A stretch of DNA of 64,000 bases from Spironucleus salmonicida (Eukaryota). Shown piece by piece: positions 12,100 through 24,404 of this stretch. The stretch lies in the NCBI RefSeq assembly GCF_000497125.1, contig NC_090603.1, positions 186,001 to 250,000 of the forward strand, read 5' to 3'. The notes under the pieces were generated by a model, which saw only the letters and a program-made list of their open reading frames with translations, did not search any database and was not told where the DNA came from. Position 1 is the stretch's first letter. Every line of letters starts with the position of its first letter. Position numbers and translations under genes: made by a program.

Positions 12100-12965
12100 C
12101 TCCAAATTCGTTCCTGCAGGCCACACAGAGTGAAGAATACACCGGCGTATACCCACTGCAATTCAGGATTTCCGTTAGGGAAAGGACGTCGGGAAGGCTA
12201 AAATTTTGTAGAATTTGATTAGCATATTTGTCAATTCAGAGCTTCGCGGAATGGAGCAATTTTAGTTTTTATTTGGCGGGTTTTGTTGGATCATATGGTG
12301 AAGAAATTTTGCTTCGTTATATCACATGAGTAGAATTTTTTTTGCTAATTTGACACTGAAAATTTGCAATAGAAATTGAATAAACTACTTTTCCTTGGGT
12401 TTATAAGACTATTTTAGCGGAATATAGAGCTTTATTCTGAGGTAGAAACCGAGTAATCATTCCGCGCAAATTTTTCGGATCGTTATATCATATGAAATAA
12501 TATTTATAAACTATTATATCGTAAATAATAGATTTAATCCAGAATAATTCTACAGTGAAACGCTATTTTCCTATTTTTGCAAATTCTGGCATCTGTTTCA
12601 TCGCAAAAGTTACACTTTGGGAGGGAAAGGACGTCCGTTTCGCACTCGCTTTTCAGCTCAAATTTGGTCAAAAAATACATAATTCTGGCTTGTTGGATCA
12701 CACGTAAAGCAGTTTTTGTCATCAATTTTTCTGTTATTTTGACATATATAGCACATAATATACACTATATAATCAATATTCACTTATATCAGGAGTTTTC
12801 GTCTCTGTAACAGCAATTACACCTTTTTAGTGCACTGGCCATCTGATCTAACTGCTTCGGTGCGGTCAACTTCGAACTGTTCTAAAATAATTGTGAAGTA
12901 GAGAATGCTGGAGGTAGGGTGCTAGTCTGTGCATCTTTCATAGTAGAATTTATTTTCGTGGCATA
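12100..12965 (-). pseudogene. Degenerate cysteine-rich protein remnant
   Basis: CxxC fragments in mixed frames with TGAs (CYICQNNRKIDDKNCFTCDP; CETDVLSLPKCNFC; DVLSLTEILNC...LCVAC). Internal repeats AGGGAAAGGACGTC (~12177, ~12622) and TCGTTATATCA (~12313, ~12480). Confidence 0.35.
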
Positions 12966-13382
12966 AAATTTTTGGTGGAGAGAGAAAAAAGGAGAGGCAA
13001 GTAAGAAGGGGGTAAATGAGTGGTTTAAATGGCGATATTAAACGGTGTAAACTATTACTTGTAGAATATTAGTTGAGAAAGTGATTGTGTGGAAGGGAAT
13101 TTTGTAATAATGTATATTAAAAGATATAATAATATTAATAATAGAAACCTTAATCTAAAATTCCAATTTTAGATAAATTTGGTGGTTGAAGTTGAAGACT
13201 GTTGAAAATATAGTTAGAAATTAGCAGAATAAGTGCAAAATATAATTTGTGATTTTTATAATTTGGAAATGTGAGTTAGCATAGAATAGTGGAGTAATAG
13301 TTTTCAGTAGCAGTTTTATTGTAGTATTTATAGGATTAGGCATAATACTACAACAATTATAGCCAATCCTGGCCGATTATAT

Positions 13383-16300
13383 CAGCCAGGTGCTCTGGAC
13401 CAGGTCTGGGTGGCCGCAGCCAAGTGCTCTCGAGCTGACCGAGGGTGGCCGCAGCCAGGTGCTCTCGAGCTGACCGAGGGTGGCCGCAGCCAAGTGCTCT
13501 CGAGCTGACCGAGGGTGGCCGCAGCCAGGTGCTCTCGAGCTGACCGAGGGTGGCCGCAGCCAAGTGCTCTCGAGCTGACCGAGGGTGGCCGCAGCCAGGT
13601 GCTCTCGAGCTGACCGAGGGTGGCCGCAGCCAGGTGCTCTGGACCAGGTCTGGGTGGCCTCAACCAGGTGCTCTCGAGCTGACCGAGGGTGGCCGCAGCC
13701 AGGTGCTCTCGAGCTGACCGAGGGTGGCCGCAGCCAGGTGCTCTGGACCAGGTCTGGGTGGCCTCAACCAGGTGCTCTCGAGCTGACCGAGGGTGGCCTC
13801 AACCAGGTGCTCTCGAGCTGACCGAGGGTGGCCGCAGCCAGGTGCTCTCGAGCTGACCGAGGGTGGCCGCAGCCAAGTGCTCTGGACCAGGTCTGGGTGG
13901 CCTCAACCAGGTGCTCTCGAGCTGACCGAGGGTGGCCGCAGCCAGGTGCTCTGGACCAGGTCTGGGTGGCCTCAACCAGGTGCTCTCGAGCTGACCGAGG
14001 GTGGCCGCAGCCAAGTGCTCTGGACCAGGTCTGGGTGGCCTCAACCAAGTGCTCTCGAGCTGACCGAGGGTGGCCTCAACCAGGTGCTCTCGAGCTGACC
14101 GAGGGTGGCCGCAGCCAGGTGCTCTGGACCAGGTCTGGGTGGCCTCAACCAGGTGCTCTCGAGCTGACCGAGGGTGGCCGCAGCCAGGTGCTCTGGACCA
14201 GGTCTGGGTGGCCTCAACCAGGTGCTCTCGAGCTGACCGAGGGTGGCCGCAGCCAAGTGCTCTCGAGCTGACCGAGGGTGGCCGCAGCCAGGTGCTCTGG
14301 ACCAGGTCTGGGTGGCCTCAACCAGGTGCTCTCGAGCTGACCGAGGGTGGCCGCAGCCAGGTGCTCTGGACCAGGTCTGGGTGGCCTCAACCAGGTGCTC
14401 TCGAGCTGACCGAGGGTGGCCGCAGCCAAGTGCTCTGGACCAGGTCTGGGTGGCCTCAACCAAGTGCTCTCGAGCTGACCGAGGGTGGCCTCAACCAGGT
14501 GCTCTCGAGCTGACCGAGGGTGGCCGCAGCCAAGTGCTCTCGAGCTGACCGAGGGTGGCCGCAGCCAGGTGCTCTGGACCAGGTCTGGGTGGCCTCAACC
14601 AGGTGCTCTCGAGCTGACCGAGGGTGGCCGCAGCCAGGTGCTCTCGAGCTGACCGAGGGTGGCCGCAGCCAGGTGCTCTGGACCAGGTCTGGGTGGCCTC
14701 AACCAGGTGCTCTCGAGCTGACCGAGGGTGGCCGCAGCCAGGTGCTCTGGACCAGGTCTGGGTGGCCTCAACCAGGTGCTCTCGAGCTGACCGAGGGTGG
14801 CCTCAACCAGGTGCTCTCGAGCTGACCGAGGGTGGCCGCAGCCAAGTGCTCTGGACCAGGTCTGGGTGGCCTCAACCAGGTGCTCTCGAGCTGACCGAGG
14901 GTGGCCGCAGCCAGGTGCTCTGGACCAGGTCTGGGTGGCCTCAACCAGGTGCTCTCGAGCTGACCGAGGGTGGCCGCAGCCAGGTGCTCTGGACCAGGTC
15001 TGGGTGGCCTCAACCAGGTGCTCTCGAGCTGACCGAGGGTGGCCGCAGCCAAGTGCTCTGGACCAGGTCTGGGTGGCCTCAACCAAGTGCTCTCGAGCTG
15101 ACCGAGGGTGGCCGCAGCCAGGTGCTCTGGACCAGGTCTGGGTGGCCTCAACCAAGTGCTCTCGAGCTGACCGAGGGTGGCCGCAGCCAGGTGCTCTGGA
15201 CCAGGTCTGGGTGGCCTCAACCAAGTGCTCTCGAGCTGACCGAGGGTGGCCGCAGCCAGGTGCTCTGGACCAGGTCTGGGTGGCCTCAACCAGGTGCTCT
15301 CGAGCTGACCGAGGGTGGCCGCAGCCAAGTGCTCTGGACCAGGTCTGGGTGGCCTCAACCAGGTGCTCTCGAGCTGACCGAGGGTGGCCGCAGCCAAGTG
15401 CTCTGGACCAGGTCTGGGTGGCCTCAACCAGGTGCTCTCGAGCTGACCGAGGGTGGCCGCAGCCAGGTGCTCTGGACCAGGTCTGGGTGGCCTCAACCAG
15501 GTGCTCTCGAGCTGACCGAGGGTGGCCGCAGCCAGGTGCTCTGGACCAGGTCTGGGTGGCCTCAACCAAGTGCTCTCGAGCTGACCGAGGGTGGCCGCAG
15601 CCAAGTGCTCTGGACCAGGTCTGGGTGGCCTCAACCAGGTGCTCTCGAGCTGACCGAGGGTGGCCTCAACCAGGTGCTCTCGAGCTGACCGAGGGTGGCC
15701 GCAGCCAAGTGCTCTGGACCAGGTCTGGGTGGCCTCAACCAAGTGCTCTCGAGCTGACCGAGGGTGGCCGCAGCCAGGTGCTCTGGACCAGGTCTGGGTG
15801 GCCTCAACCAGGTGCTCTGGACCAGGTCTGGGTGGCCTCAACCAGGTGCTCTGGACCAGGTCTGGGTGGCCTCAACCAGGTGCTCTGGACCAGGTCTGGG
15901 TGGCCTCAACCAGGTGCTCTCGAGCTGACCGAGGGTGGCCGCAGCCAGGTGCTCTGGACCAGGTCTGGGTGGCCTCAACCAGGTGCTCTGGACCAGGTCT
16001 GGGTGGCCTCAACCAGGTGCTCTCGAGCTGACCGAGGGTGGCCGCAGCCAGGTGCTCTGGACCAGGTCTGGGTGGCCTCAACCAAGTGCTCTCGAGCTGA
16101 CCGAGGGTGGCCGCAGCCAGGTGCTCTCGAGCTGACCGAGGGTGGCCGCAGCCAAGTGCTCTGGACCAGGTCTGGGTGGCCTCAACCAGGTGCTCTCGAG
16201 CTGACCGAGGGTGGCCGCAGCCAAGTGCTCTCGAGCTGACCGAGGGTGGCCGCAGCCAGGTGCTCTGGACCAGGTCTGGGTGGCCTCAACCAGGTGCTCT

Positions 16301-19300
16301 GGACCAGGTCTGGGTGGCCTCAACCAGGTGCTCTCGAGCTGACCGAGGGTGGCCGCAGCCAGGTGCTCTGGACCAGGTCTGGGTGGCCTCAACCAAGTGC
16401 TCTCGAGCTGACCGAGGGTGGCCGCAGCCAGGTGCTCTCGAGCTGACCGAGGGTGGCCGCAGCCAAGTGCTCTGGACCAGGTCTGGGTGGCCTCAACCAG
16501 GTGCTCTCGAGCTGACCGAGGGTGGCCGCAGCCAAGTGCTCTCGAGCTGACCGAGGGTGGCCTCAACCAGGTGCTCTCGAGCTGACCGAGGGTGGCCGCA
16601 GCCAAGTGCTCTCGAGCTGACCGAGGGTGGCCGCAGCCAGGTGCTCTGGACCAGGTCTGGGTGGCCTCAACCAAGTGCTCTCGAGCTGACCGAGGGTGGC
16701 CTCAACCAGGTGCTCTCGAGCTGACCGAGGGTGGCCGCAGCCAAGTGCTCTGGACCAGGTCTGGGTGGCCTCAACCAGGTGCTCTGGACCAGGTCTGGGT
16801 GGCCTCAACCAGGTGCTCTGGACCAGGTCTGGGTGGCCTCAACCAAGTGCTCTCGAGCTGACCGAGGGTGGCCTCAACCAGGTGCTCTCGAGCTGACCGA
16901 GGGTGGCCGCAGCCAAGTGCTCTGGACCAGGTCTGGGTGGCCTCAACCAGGTGCTCTGGACCAGGTCTGGGTGGCCTCAACCAGGTGCTCTCGAGCTGAC
17001 CGAGGGTGGCCGCAGCCAAGTGCTCTCGAGCTGACCGAGGGTGGCCGCAGCCAGGTGCTCTGGACCAGGTCTGGGTGGCCTCAACCAGGTGCTCTCGAGC
17101 TGACCGAGGGTGGCCGCAGCCAAGTGCTCTCGAGCTGACCGAGGGTGGCCGCAGCCAGGTGCTCTGGACCAGGTCTGGGTGGCCTCAACCAGGTGCTCTC
17201 GAGCTGACCGAGGGTGGCCGCAGCCAAGTGCTCTCGAGCTGACCGAGGGTGGCCGCAGCCAGGTGCTCTCGAGCTGACCGAGGGTGGCCGCAGCCAGGTG
17301 CTCTCGAGCTGACCGAGGGTGGCCGCAGCCAGGTGCTCTGGACCAGGTCTGGGTGGCCTCAACCAGGTGCTCTCGAGCTGACCGAGGGTGGCCGCAGCCA
17401 AGTGCTCTGGACCAGGTCTGGGTGGCCTCAACCAGGTGCTCTCGAGCTGACCGAGGGTGGCCGCAGCCAGGTGCTCTCGAGCTGACCGAGGGTGGCCGCA
17501 GCCAGGTGCTCTCGAGCTGACCGAGGGTGGCCGCAGCCAGGTGCTCTGGACCAGGTCTGGGTGGCCTCAACCAGGTGCTCTCGAGCTGACCGAGGGTGGC
17601 CGCAGCCAAGTGCTCTCGAGCTGACCGAGGGTGGCCGCAGCCAGGTGCTCTGGACCAGGTCTGGGTGGCCTCAACCAGGTGCTCTGGACCAGGTCTGGGT
17701 GGCCTCAACCAAGTGCTCTCGAGCTGACCGAGGGTGGCCGCAGCCAGGTGCTCTGGACCAGGTCTGGGTGGCCTCAACCAGGTGCTCTCGAGCTGACCGA
17801 GGGTGGCCGCAGCCAAGTGCTCTCGAGCTGACCGAGGGTGGCCGCAGCCAGGTGCTCTGGACCAGGTCTGGGTGGCCTCAACCAGGTGCTCTCGAGCTGA
17901 CCGAGGGTGGCCGCAGCCAGGTGCTCTCGAGCTGACCGAGGGTGGCCGCAGCCAAGTGCTCTGGACCAGGTCTGGGTGGCCTCAACCAGGTGCTCTCGAG
18001 CTGACCGAGGGTGGCCGCAGCCAGGTGCTCTCGAGCTGACCGAGGGTGGCCGCAGCCAGGTGCTCTCGAGCTGACCGAGGGTGGCCGCAGCCAGGTGCTC
18101 TGGACCAGGTCTGGGTGGCCTCAACCAGGTGCTCTCGAGCTGACCGAGGGTGGCCGCAGCCAAGTGCTCTGGACCAGGTCTGGGTGGCCGCAGCCAGGTG
18201 CTCTCGAGCTGACCGAGGGTGGCCGCAGCCAGGTGCTCTCGAGCTGACCGAGGGTGGCCGCAGCCAGGTGCTCTGGACCAGGTCTGGGTGGCCTCAACCA
18301 GGTGCTCTCGAGCTGACCGAGGGTGGCCGCAGCCAAGTGCTCTGGACCAGGTCTGGGTGGCCGCAGCCAGGTGCTCTCGAGCTGACCGAGGGTGGCCGCA
18401 GCCAAGTGCTCTGGACCAGGTCTGGGTGGCCTCAACCAGGTGCTCTCGAGCTGACCGAGGGTGGCCGCAGCCAAGTGCTCTGGACCAGGTCTGGGTGGCC
18501 TCAACCAGGTGCTCTCGAGCTGACCGAGGGTGGCCGCAGCCAGGTGCTCTGGACCAGGTCTGGGTGGCCTCAACCAGGTGCTCTCGAGCTGACCGAGGGT
18601 GGCCGCAGCCAAGTGCTCTGGACCAGGTCTGGGTGGCCTCAACCAGGTGCTCTCGAGCTGACCGAGGGTGGCCGCAGCCAGGTGCTCTGGACCAGGTCTG
18701 GGTGGCCTCAACCAGGTGCTCTCGAGCTGACCGAGGGTGGCCGCAGCCAGGTGCTCTGGACCAGGTCTGGGTGGCCTCAACCAGGTGCTCTCGAGCTGAC
18801 CGAGGGTGGCCGCAGCCAAGTGCTCTCGAGCTGACCGAGGGTGGCCGCAGCCAGGTGCTCTGGACCAGGTCTGGGTGGCCGCAGCCAGGTGCTCTCGAGC
18901 TGACCGAGGGTGGCCGCAGCCAGGTGCTCTGGACCAGGTCTGGGTGGCCTCAACCAGGTGCTCTCGAGCTGACCGAGGGTGGCCGCAGCCAGGTGCTCTG
19001 GACCAGGTCTGGGTGGCCTCAACCAGGTGCTCTCGAGCTGACCGAGGGTGGCCGCAGCCAAGTGCTCTGGACCAGGTCTGGGTGGCCGCAGCCAGGTGCT
19101 CTCGAGCTGACCGAGGGTGGCCGCAGCCAGGTGCTCTCGAGCTGACCGAGGGTGGCCGCAGCCAAGTGCTCTGGACCAGGTCTGGGTGGCCTCAACCAGG
19201 TGCTCTCGAGCTGACCGAGGGTGGCCGCAGCCAAGTGCTCTGGACCAGGTCTGGGTGGCCTCAACCAGGTGCTCTCGAGCTGACCGAGGGTGGCCGCAGC

Positions 19301-22300
19301 CAGGTGCTCTGGACCAGGTCTGGGTGGCCTCAACCAGGTGCTCTCGAGCTGACCGAGGGTGGCCGCAGCCAAGTGCTCTGGACCAGGTCTGGGTGGCCTC
19401 AACCAGGTGCTCTCGAGCTGACCGAGGGTGGCCGCAGCCAGGTGCTCTGGACCAGGTCTGGGTGGCCTCAACCAGGTGCTCTCGAGCTGACCGAGGGTGG
19501 CCGCAGCCAGGTGCTCTGGACCAGGTCTGGGTGGCCTCAACCAGGTGCTCTCGAGCTGACCGAGGGTGGCCGCAGCCAAGTGCTCTCGAGCTGACCGAGG
19601 GTGGCCGCAGCCAGGTGCTCTGGACCAGGTCTGGGTGGCCTCAACCAGGTGCTCTCGAGCTGACCGAGGGTGGCCGCAGCCAGGTGCTCTCGAGCTGACC
19701 GAGGGTGGCCGCAGCCAGGTGCTCTGGACCAGGTCTGGGTGGCCTCAACCAGGTGCTCTCGAGCTGACCGAGGGTGGCCGCAGCCAGGTGCTCTGGACCA
19801 GGTCTGGGTGGCCTCAACCAGGTGCTCTCGAGCTGACCGAGGGTGGCCGCAGCCAGGTGCTCTGGACCAGGTCTGGGTGGCCTCAACCAGGTGCTCTCGA
19901 GCTGACCGAGGGTGGCCGCAGCCAAGTGCTCTGGACCAGGTCTGGGTGGCCGCAGCCAGGTGCTCTCGAGCTGACCGAGGGTGGCCGCAGCCAAGTGCTC
20001 TGGACCAGGTCTGGGTGGCCTCAACCAGGTGCTCTCGAGCTGACCGAGGGTGGCCGCAGCCAAGTGCTCTGGACCAGGTCTGGGTGGCCTCAACCAGGTG
20101 CTCTCGAGCTGACCGAGGGTGGCCGCAGCCAGGTGCTCTGGACCAGGTCTGGGTGGCCTCAACCAGGTGCTCTCGAGCTGACCGAGGGTGGCCGCAGCCA
20201 AGTGCTCTGGACCAGGTCTGGGTGGCCTCAACCAGGTGCTCTCGAGCTGACCGAGGGTGGCCGCAGCCAGGTGCTCTGGACCAGGTCTGGGTGGCCTCAA
20301 CCAGGTGCTCTCGAGCTGACCGAGGGTGGCCGCAGCCAAGTGCTCTCGAGCTGACCGAGGGTGGCCGCAGCCAGGTGCTCTGGACCAGGTCTGGGTGGCC
20401 GCAGCCAGGTGCTCTCGAGCTGACCGAGGGTGGCCGCAGCCAGGTGCTCTGGACCAGGTCTGGGTGGCCTCAACCAGGTGCTCTCGAGCTGACCGAGGGT
20501 GGCCGCAGCCAGGTGCTCTGGACCAGGTCTGGGTGGCCTCAACCAGGTGCTCTCGAGCTGACCGAGGGTGGCCGCAGCCAAGTGCTCTGGACCAGGTCTG
20601 GGTGGCCGCAGCCAGGTGCTCTCGAGCTGACCGAGGGTGGCCGCAGCCAGGTGCTCTCGAGCTGACCGAGGGTGGCCGCAGCCAAGTGCTCTGGACCAGG
20701 TCTGGGTGGCCTCAACCAGGTGCTCTCGAGCTGACCGAGGGTGGCCGCAGCCAAGTGCTCTGGACCAGGTCTGGGTGGCCTCAACCAGGTGCTCTCGAGC
20801 TGACCGAGGGTGGCCGCAGCCAGGTGCTCTGGACCAGGTCTGGGTGGCCTCAACCAGGTGCTCTCGAGCTGACCGAGGGTGGCCGCAGCCAAGTGCTCTG
20901 GACCAGGTCTGGGTGGCCTCAACCAGGTGCTCTCGAGCTGACCGAGGGTGGCCGCAGCCAGGTGCTCTGGACCAGGTCTGGGTGGCCTCAACCAGGTGCT
21001 CTCGAGCTGACCGAGGGTGGCCGCAGCCAGGTGCTCTGGACCAGGTCTGGGTGGCCTCAACCAGGTGCTCTCGAGCTGACCGAGGGTGGCCGCAGCCAAG
21101 TGCTCTCGAGCTGACCGAGGGTGGCCGCAGCCAGGTGCTCTGGACCAGGTCTGGGTGGCCGCAGCCAGGTGCTCTCGAGCTGACCGAGGGTGGCCGCAGC
21201 CAGGTGCTCTGGACCAGGTCTGGGTGGCCTCAACCAGGTGCTCTCGAGCTGACCGAGGGTGGCCGCAGCCAGGTGCTCTGGACCAGGTCTGGGTGGCCTC
21301 AACCAGGTGCTCTCGAGCTGACCGAGGGTGGCCGCAGCCAAGTGCTCTGGACCAGGTCTGGGTGGCCGCAGCCAGGTGCTCTCGAGCTGACCGAGGGTGG
21401 CCGCAGCCAGGTGCTCTCGAGCTGACCGAGGGTGGCCGCAGCCAAGTGCTCTGGACCAGGTCTGGGTGGCCTCAACCAGGTGCTCTCGAGCTGACCGAGG
21501 GTGGCCGCAGCCAAGTGCTCTGGACCAGGTCTGGGTGGCCTCAACCAGGTGCTCTCGAGCTGACCGAGGGTGGCCGCAGCCAGGTGCTCTGGACCAGGTC
21601 TGGGTGGCCTCAACCAGGTGCTCTCGAGCTGACCGAGGGTGGCCGCAGCCAAGTGCTCTGGACCAGGTCTGGGTGGCCTCAACCAGGTGCTCTCGAGCTG
21701 ACCGAGGGTGGCCGCAGCCAGGTGCTCTGGACCAGGTCTGGGTGGCCTCAACCAGGTGCTCTCGAGCTGACCGAGGGTGGCCGCAGCCAGGTGCTCTGGA
21801 CCAGGTCTGGGTGGCCTCAACCAGGTGCTCTCGAGCTGACCGAGGGTGGCCGCAGCCAAGTGCTCTCGAGCTGACCGAGGGTGGCCGCAGCCAGGTGCTC
21901 TGGACCAGGTCTGGGTGGCCTCAACCAGGTGCTCTCGAGCTGACCGAGGGTGGCCGCAGCCAGGTGCTCTCGAGCTGACCGAGGGTGGCCGCAGCCAGGT
22001 GCTCTGGACCAGGTCTGGGTGGCCTCAACCAGGTGCTCTCGAGCTGACCGAGGGTGGCCGCAGCCAGGTGCTCTGGACCAGGTCTGGGTGGCCTCAACCA
22101 GGTGCTCTCGAGCTGACCGAGGGTGGCCGCAGCCAGGTGCTCTGGACCAGGTCTGGGTGGCCTCAACCAGGTGCTCTCGAGCTGACCGAGGGTGGCCGCA
22201 GCCAAGTGCTCTGGACCAGGTCTGGGTGGCCGCAGCCAGGTGCTCTCGAGCTGACCGAGGGTGGCCGCAGCCAAGTGCTCTGGACCAGGTCTGGGTGGCC

Positions 22301-22944
22301 TCAACCAGGTGCTCTCGAGCTGACCGAGGGTGGCCGCAGCCAAGTGCTCTGGACCAGGTCTGGGTGGCCTCAACCAGGTGCTCTCGAGCTGACCGAGGGT
22401 GGCCGCAGCCAGGTGCTCTGGACCAGGTCTGGGTGGCCTCAACCAGGTGCTCTCGAGCTGACCGAGGGTGGCCGCAGCCAAGTGCTCTCGAGCTGACCGA
22501 GGGTGGCCGCAGCCAGGTGCTCTGGACCAGGTCTGGGTGGCCGCAGCCAGGTGCTCTCGAGCTGACCGAGGGTGGCCGCAGCCAGGTGCTCTGGACCAGG
22601 TCTGGGTGGCCTCAACCAGGTGCTCTCGAGCTGACCGAGGGTGGCCGCAGCCAGGTGCTCTGGACCAGGTCTGGGTGGCCTCAACCAGGTGCTCTCGAGC
22701 TGACCGAGGGTGGCCGCAGCCAGGTGCTCTGGACCAGGTCTGGGTGGCCTCAACCAGGTGCTCTCGAGCTGACCGAGGGTGGCCGCAGCCAGGTGCTCTG
22801 GACCAGGTCTGGGTGGCCTCAACCAGGTGCTCTCGAGCTGACCGAGGGTGGCCGCAGCCAGGTGCTCTCGAGCTGACCGAGGGTGGCCGCAGCCAGGTGC
22901 TCTGGACCAGGTCTGGGTGGCCTCAACCAGGTGCTCTGGACCAG
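13383..22944. repeat. Modular tandem satellite, ~277 units of 35 bp (GTGCTCTCGAGCTGACCGAGGGTGGCCGCAGCCAG) and 34 bp (GTGCTCTGGACCAGGTCTGGGTGGCCTCAACCAG)
   Basis: Direct reading. Mostly A-B 69-bp dimers with AA/BB interruptions, and abrupt GC-rich boundaries against AT-rich flanks. Confidence 0.99.
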
Positions 22945-23271
22945 TTAGTGAATATTCTATGCTAGATTGTTGTTTATGTAATCAAAGGTTCTTATTAGTT
23001 TTTCATTGAACTAAGAATGGATAATATTATTATAAAATGGCAATTGTATTTATTATAGTTTAATTTGTTCAAATTTTAAAATCTAGGACTAATAAATAAT
23101 AGTATGGCTAATATTATTATTACGATATATTCTCAATATTAATTTTTTCGAATATTGTTTTATGATAGATACATTATTCTAATTTTATCTTTTTTTAAGA
23201 ATTTTACAGTTTATTTTTGCAAATAAATAGTTAATCAATATAGTTAATAAATTTCATTTATTTTAAGAAAA

Positions 23272-23472
23272 ATGAAAAAACTTTAATATAATAAGCGAAT
23301 AGAGGGTTTCAAAAAGCTATGTCAATAAAATATTGCTACTCTTTAATTGTAAGATAAATAAGGATAGATTATAGCTGAGGTTCAAAAAATAGATAGGCAT
23401 TAAAATAAAGATTAACTCACTATCGTTGAACCGCTATAAACAAATATTTGGTTCTAAAATGCAAACTAATGA
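23272..23472 (+). CDS. Small hypothetical protein, 66 aa (MKKLQYNKRIEGFKKL...)
   Basis: Table-6 ORF, convergent with and ending 10 bp from the next gene. Confidence 0.35.
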
Positions 23473-23482
23473 TAAATCTGTT

Positions 23483-23851
23483 TCACTCCCAATCAACAAT
23501 AATTCTATTCTTAGTATCAATGAATTCATTGATACTACGTCTAGCGACTTAGTATTTTGTACGCCAAGTTCTTCCAACGGGCGGTGAGCATCTTCTTTAA
23601 TTTTCCGCTTATAGAACTATTTTGTCTGTTTCAAAAATACATGCTTATGGGATAAACTACTTTCTATCATAAAATTCATCTTTAATTGCAGAAAGAGGAT
23701 TTGATTTTTTTTTAAAGATTGGATTATATAGACCTCTTCTAAAATTTAGCACATTCTCATGTTTAATATAAATAACAGGTTCTAATGCCTAGTATACCTA
23801 TGTTGAATTTTTTAATGGGTTTCTACTTTCTGTTTAAAGTTAGAAATTCAT
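23483..23851 (-). CDS. Hypothetical protein, 122 aa
   Basis: Table-6 ORF MNFQLQTESRNP...RIIVDWE ending GAGTGA. Confidence 0.6.
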
Positions 23852-24404
23852 ATTATATCCTAGAATTTTAAGTATAAAATATTTATATTTATAATATTTT
23901 TTACAAATTTATAATTAGTCTATAAAATTGATATATTTATAGGTTTAGAAAAATAAGGTATAAATAACGAAATATACTTTTTAAGATAAAGATAATATGC
24001 TTTATATCAATCTTCCATGCTTATAATTGTTTGGATAGATTCAGAATTATACTTAATTAAAATTATTTACTTCTCGTCAATAGGATGCTTTTATAAAGTA
24101 ACTAGTATATGCGGAGGATTAATTCAGTTTAAACTAAGATAGGGGCCATAAATTTGGTGTAATAGCATATTGTGAGTATTATATGAGAAATATTTCAACA
24201 TCTATCTAATTAGGAAGGATCAGATAAAATGAATTAGTTTCTTCTACCAAATTTCGTATGATAGTTCCTTACTGTATTTTATAATAAATATATTAGAATA
24301 ATTTATCTAAAATATTATTGCAAGTTAAAATTTATTTCTCATAAACTATAAACAAAATTTATTATAGGTATAATATATAATTAATATATAATTAAATTTT
24401 ATTA

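Noticed and set aside
13383-22944. CRISPR or TIGR-like guide array (35-bp period, constant blocks alternating with variable slots)
   Set aside because: Each variable slot has only two alleles rather than unique spacers, no Cas or Nop-domain gene is recognisable in the window, and the context is eukaryotic.
13357-22965. Repeat-encoded proteins (WPQPGALELTEGGRSQVLWTRSG and related)
   Set aside because: These are by-products of the 69-bp dimer. AA/BB junctions shift frame into TGA on both strands, and starts are GTG/TTG rather than ATG.
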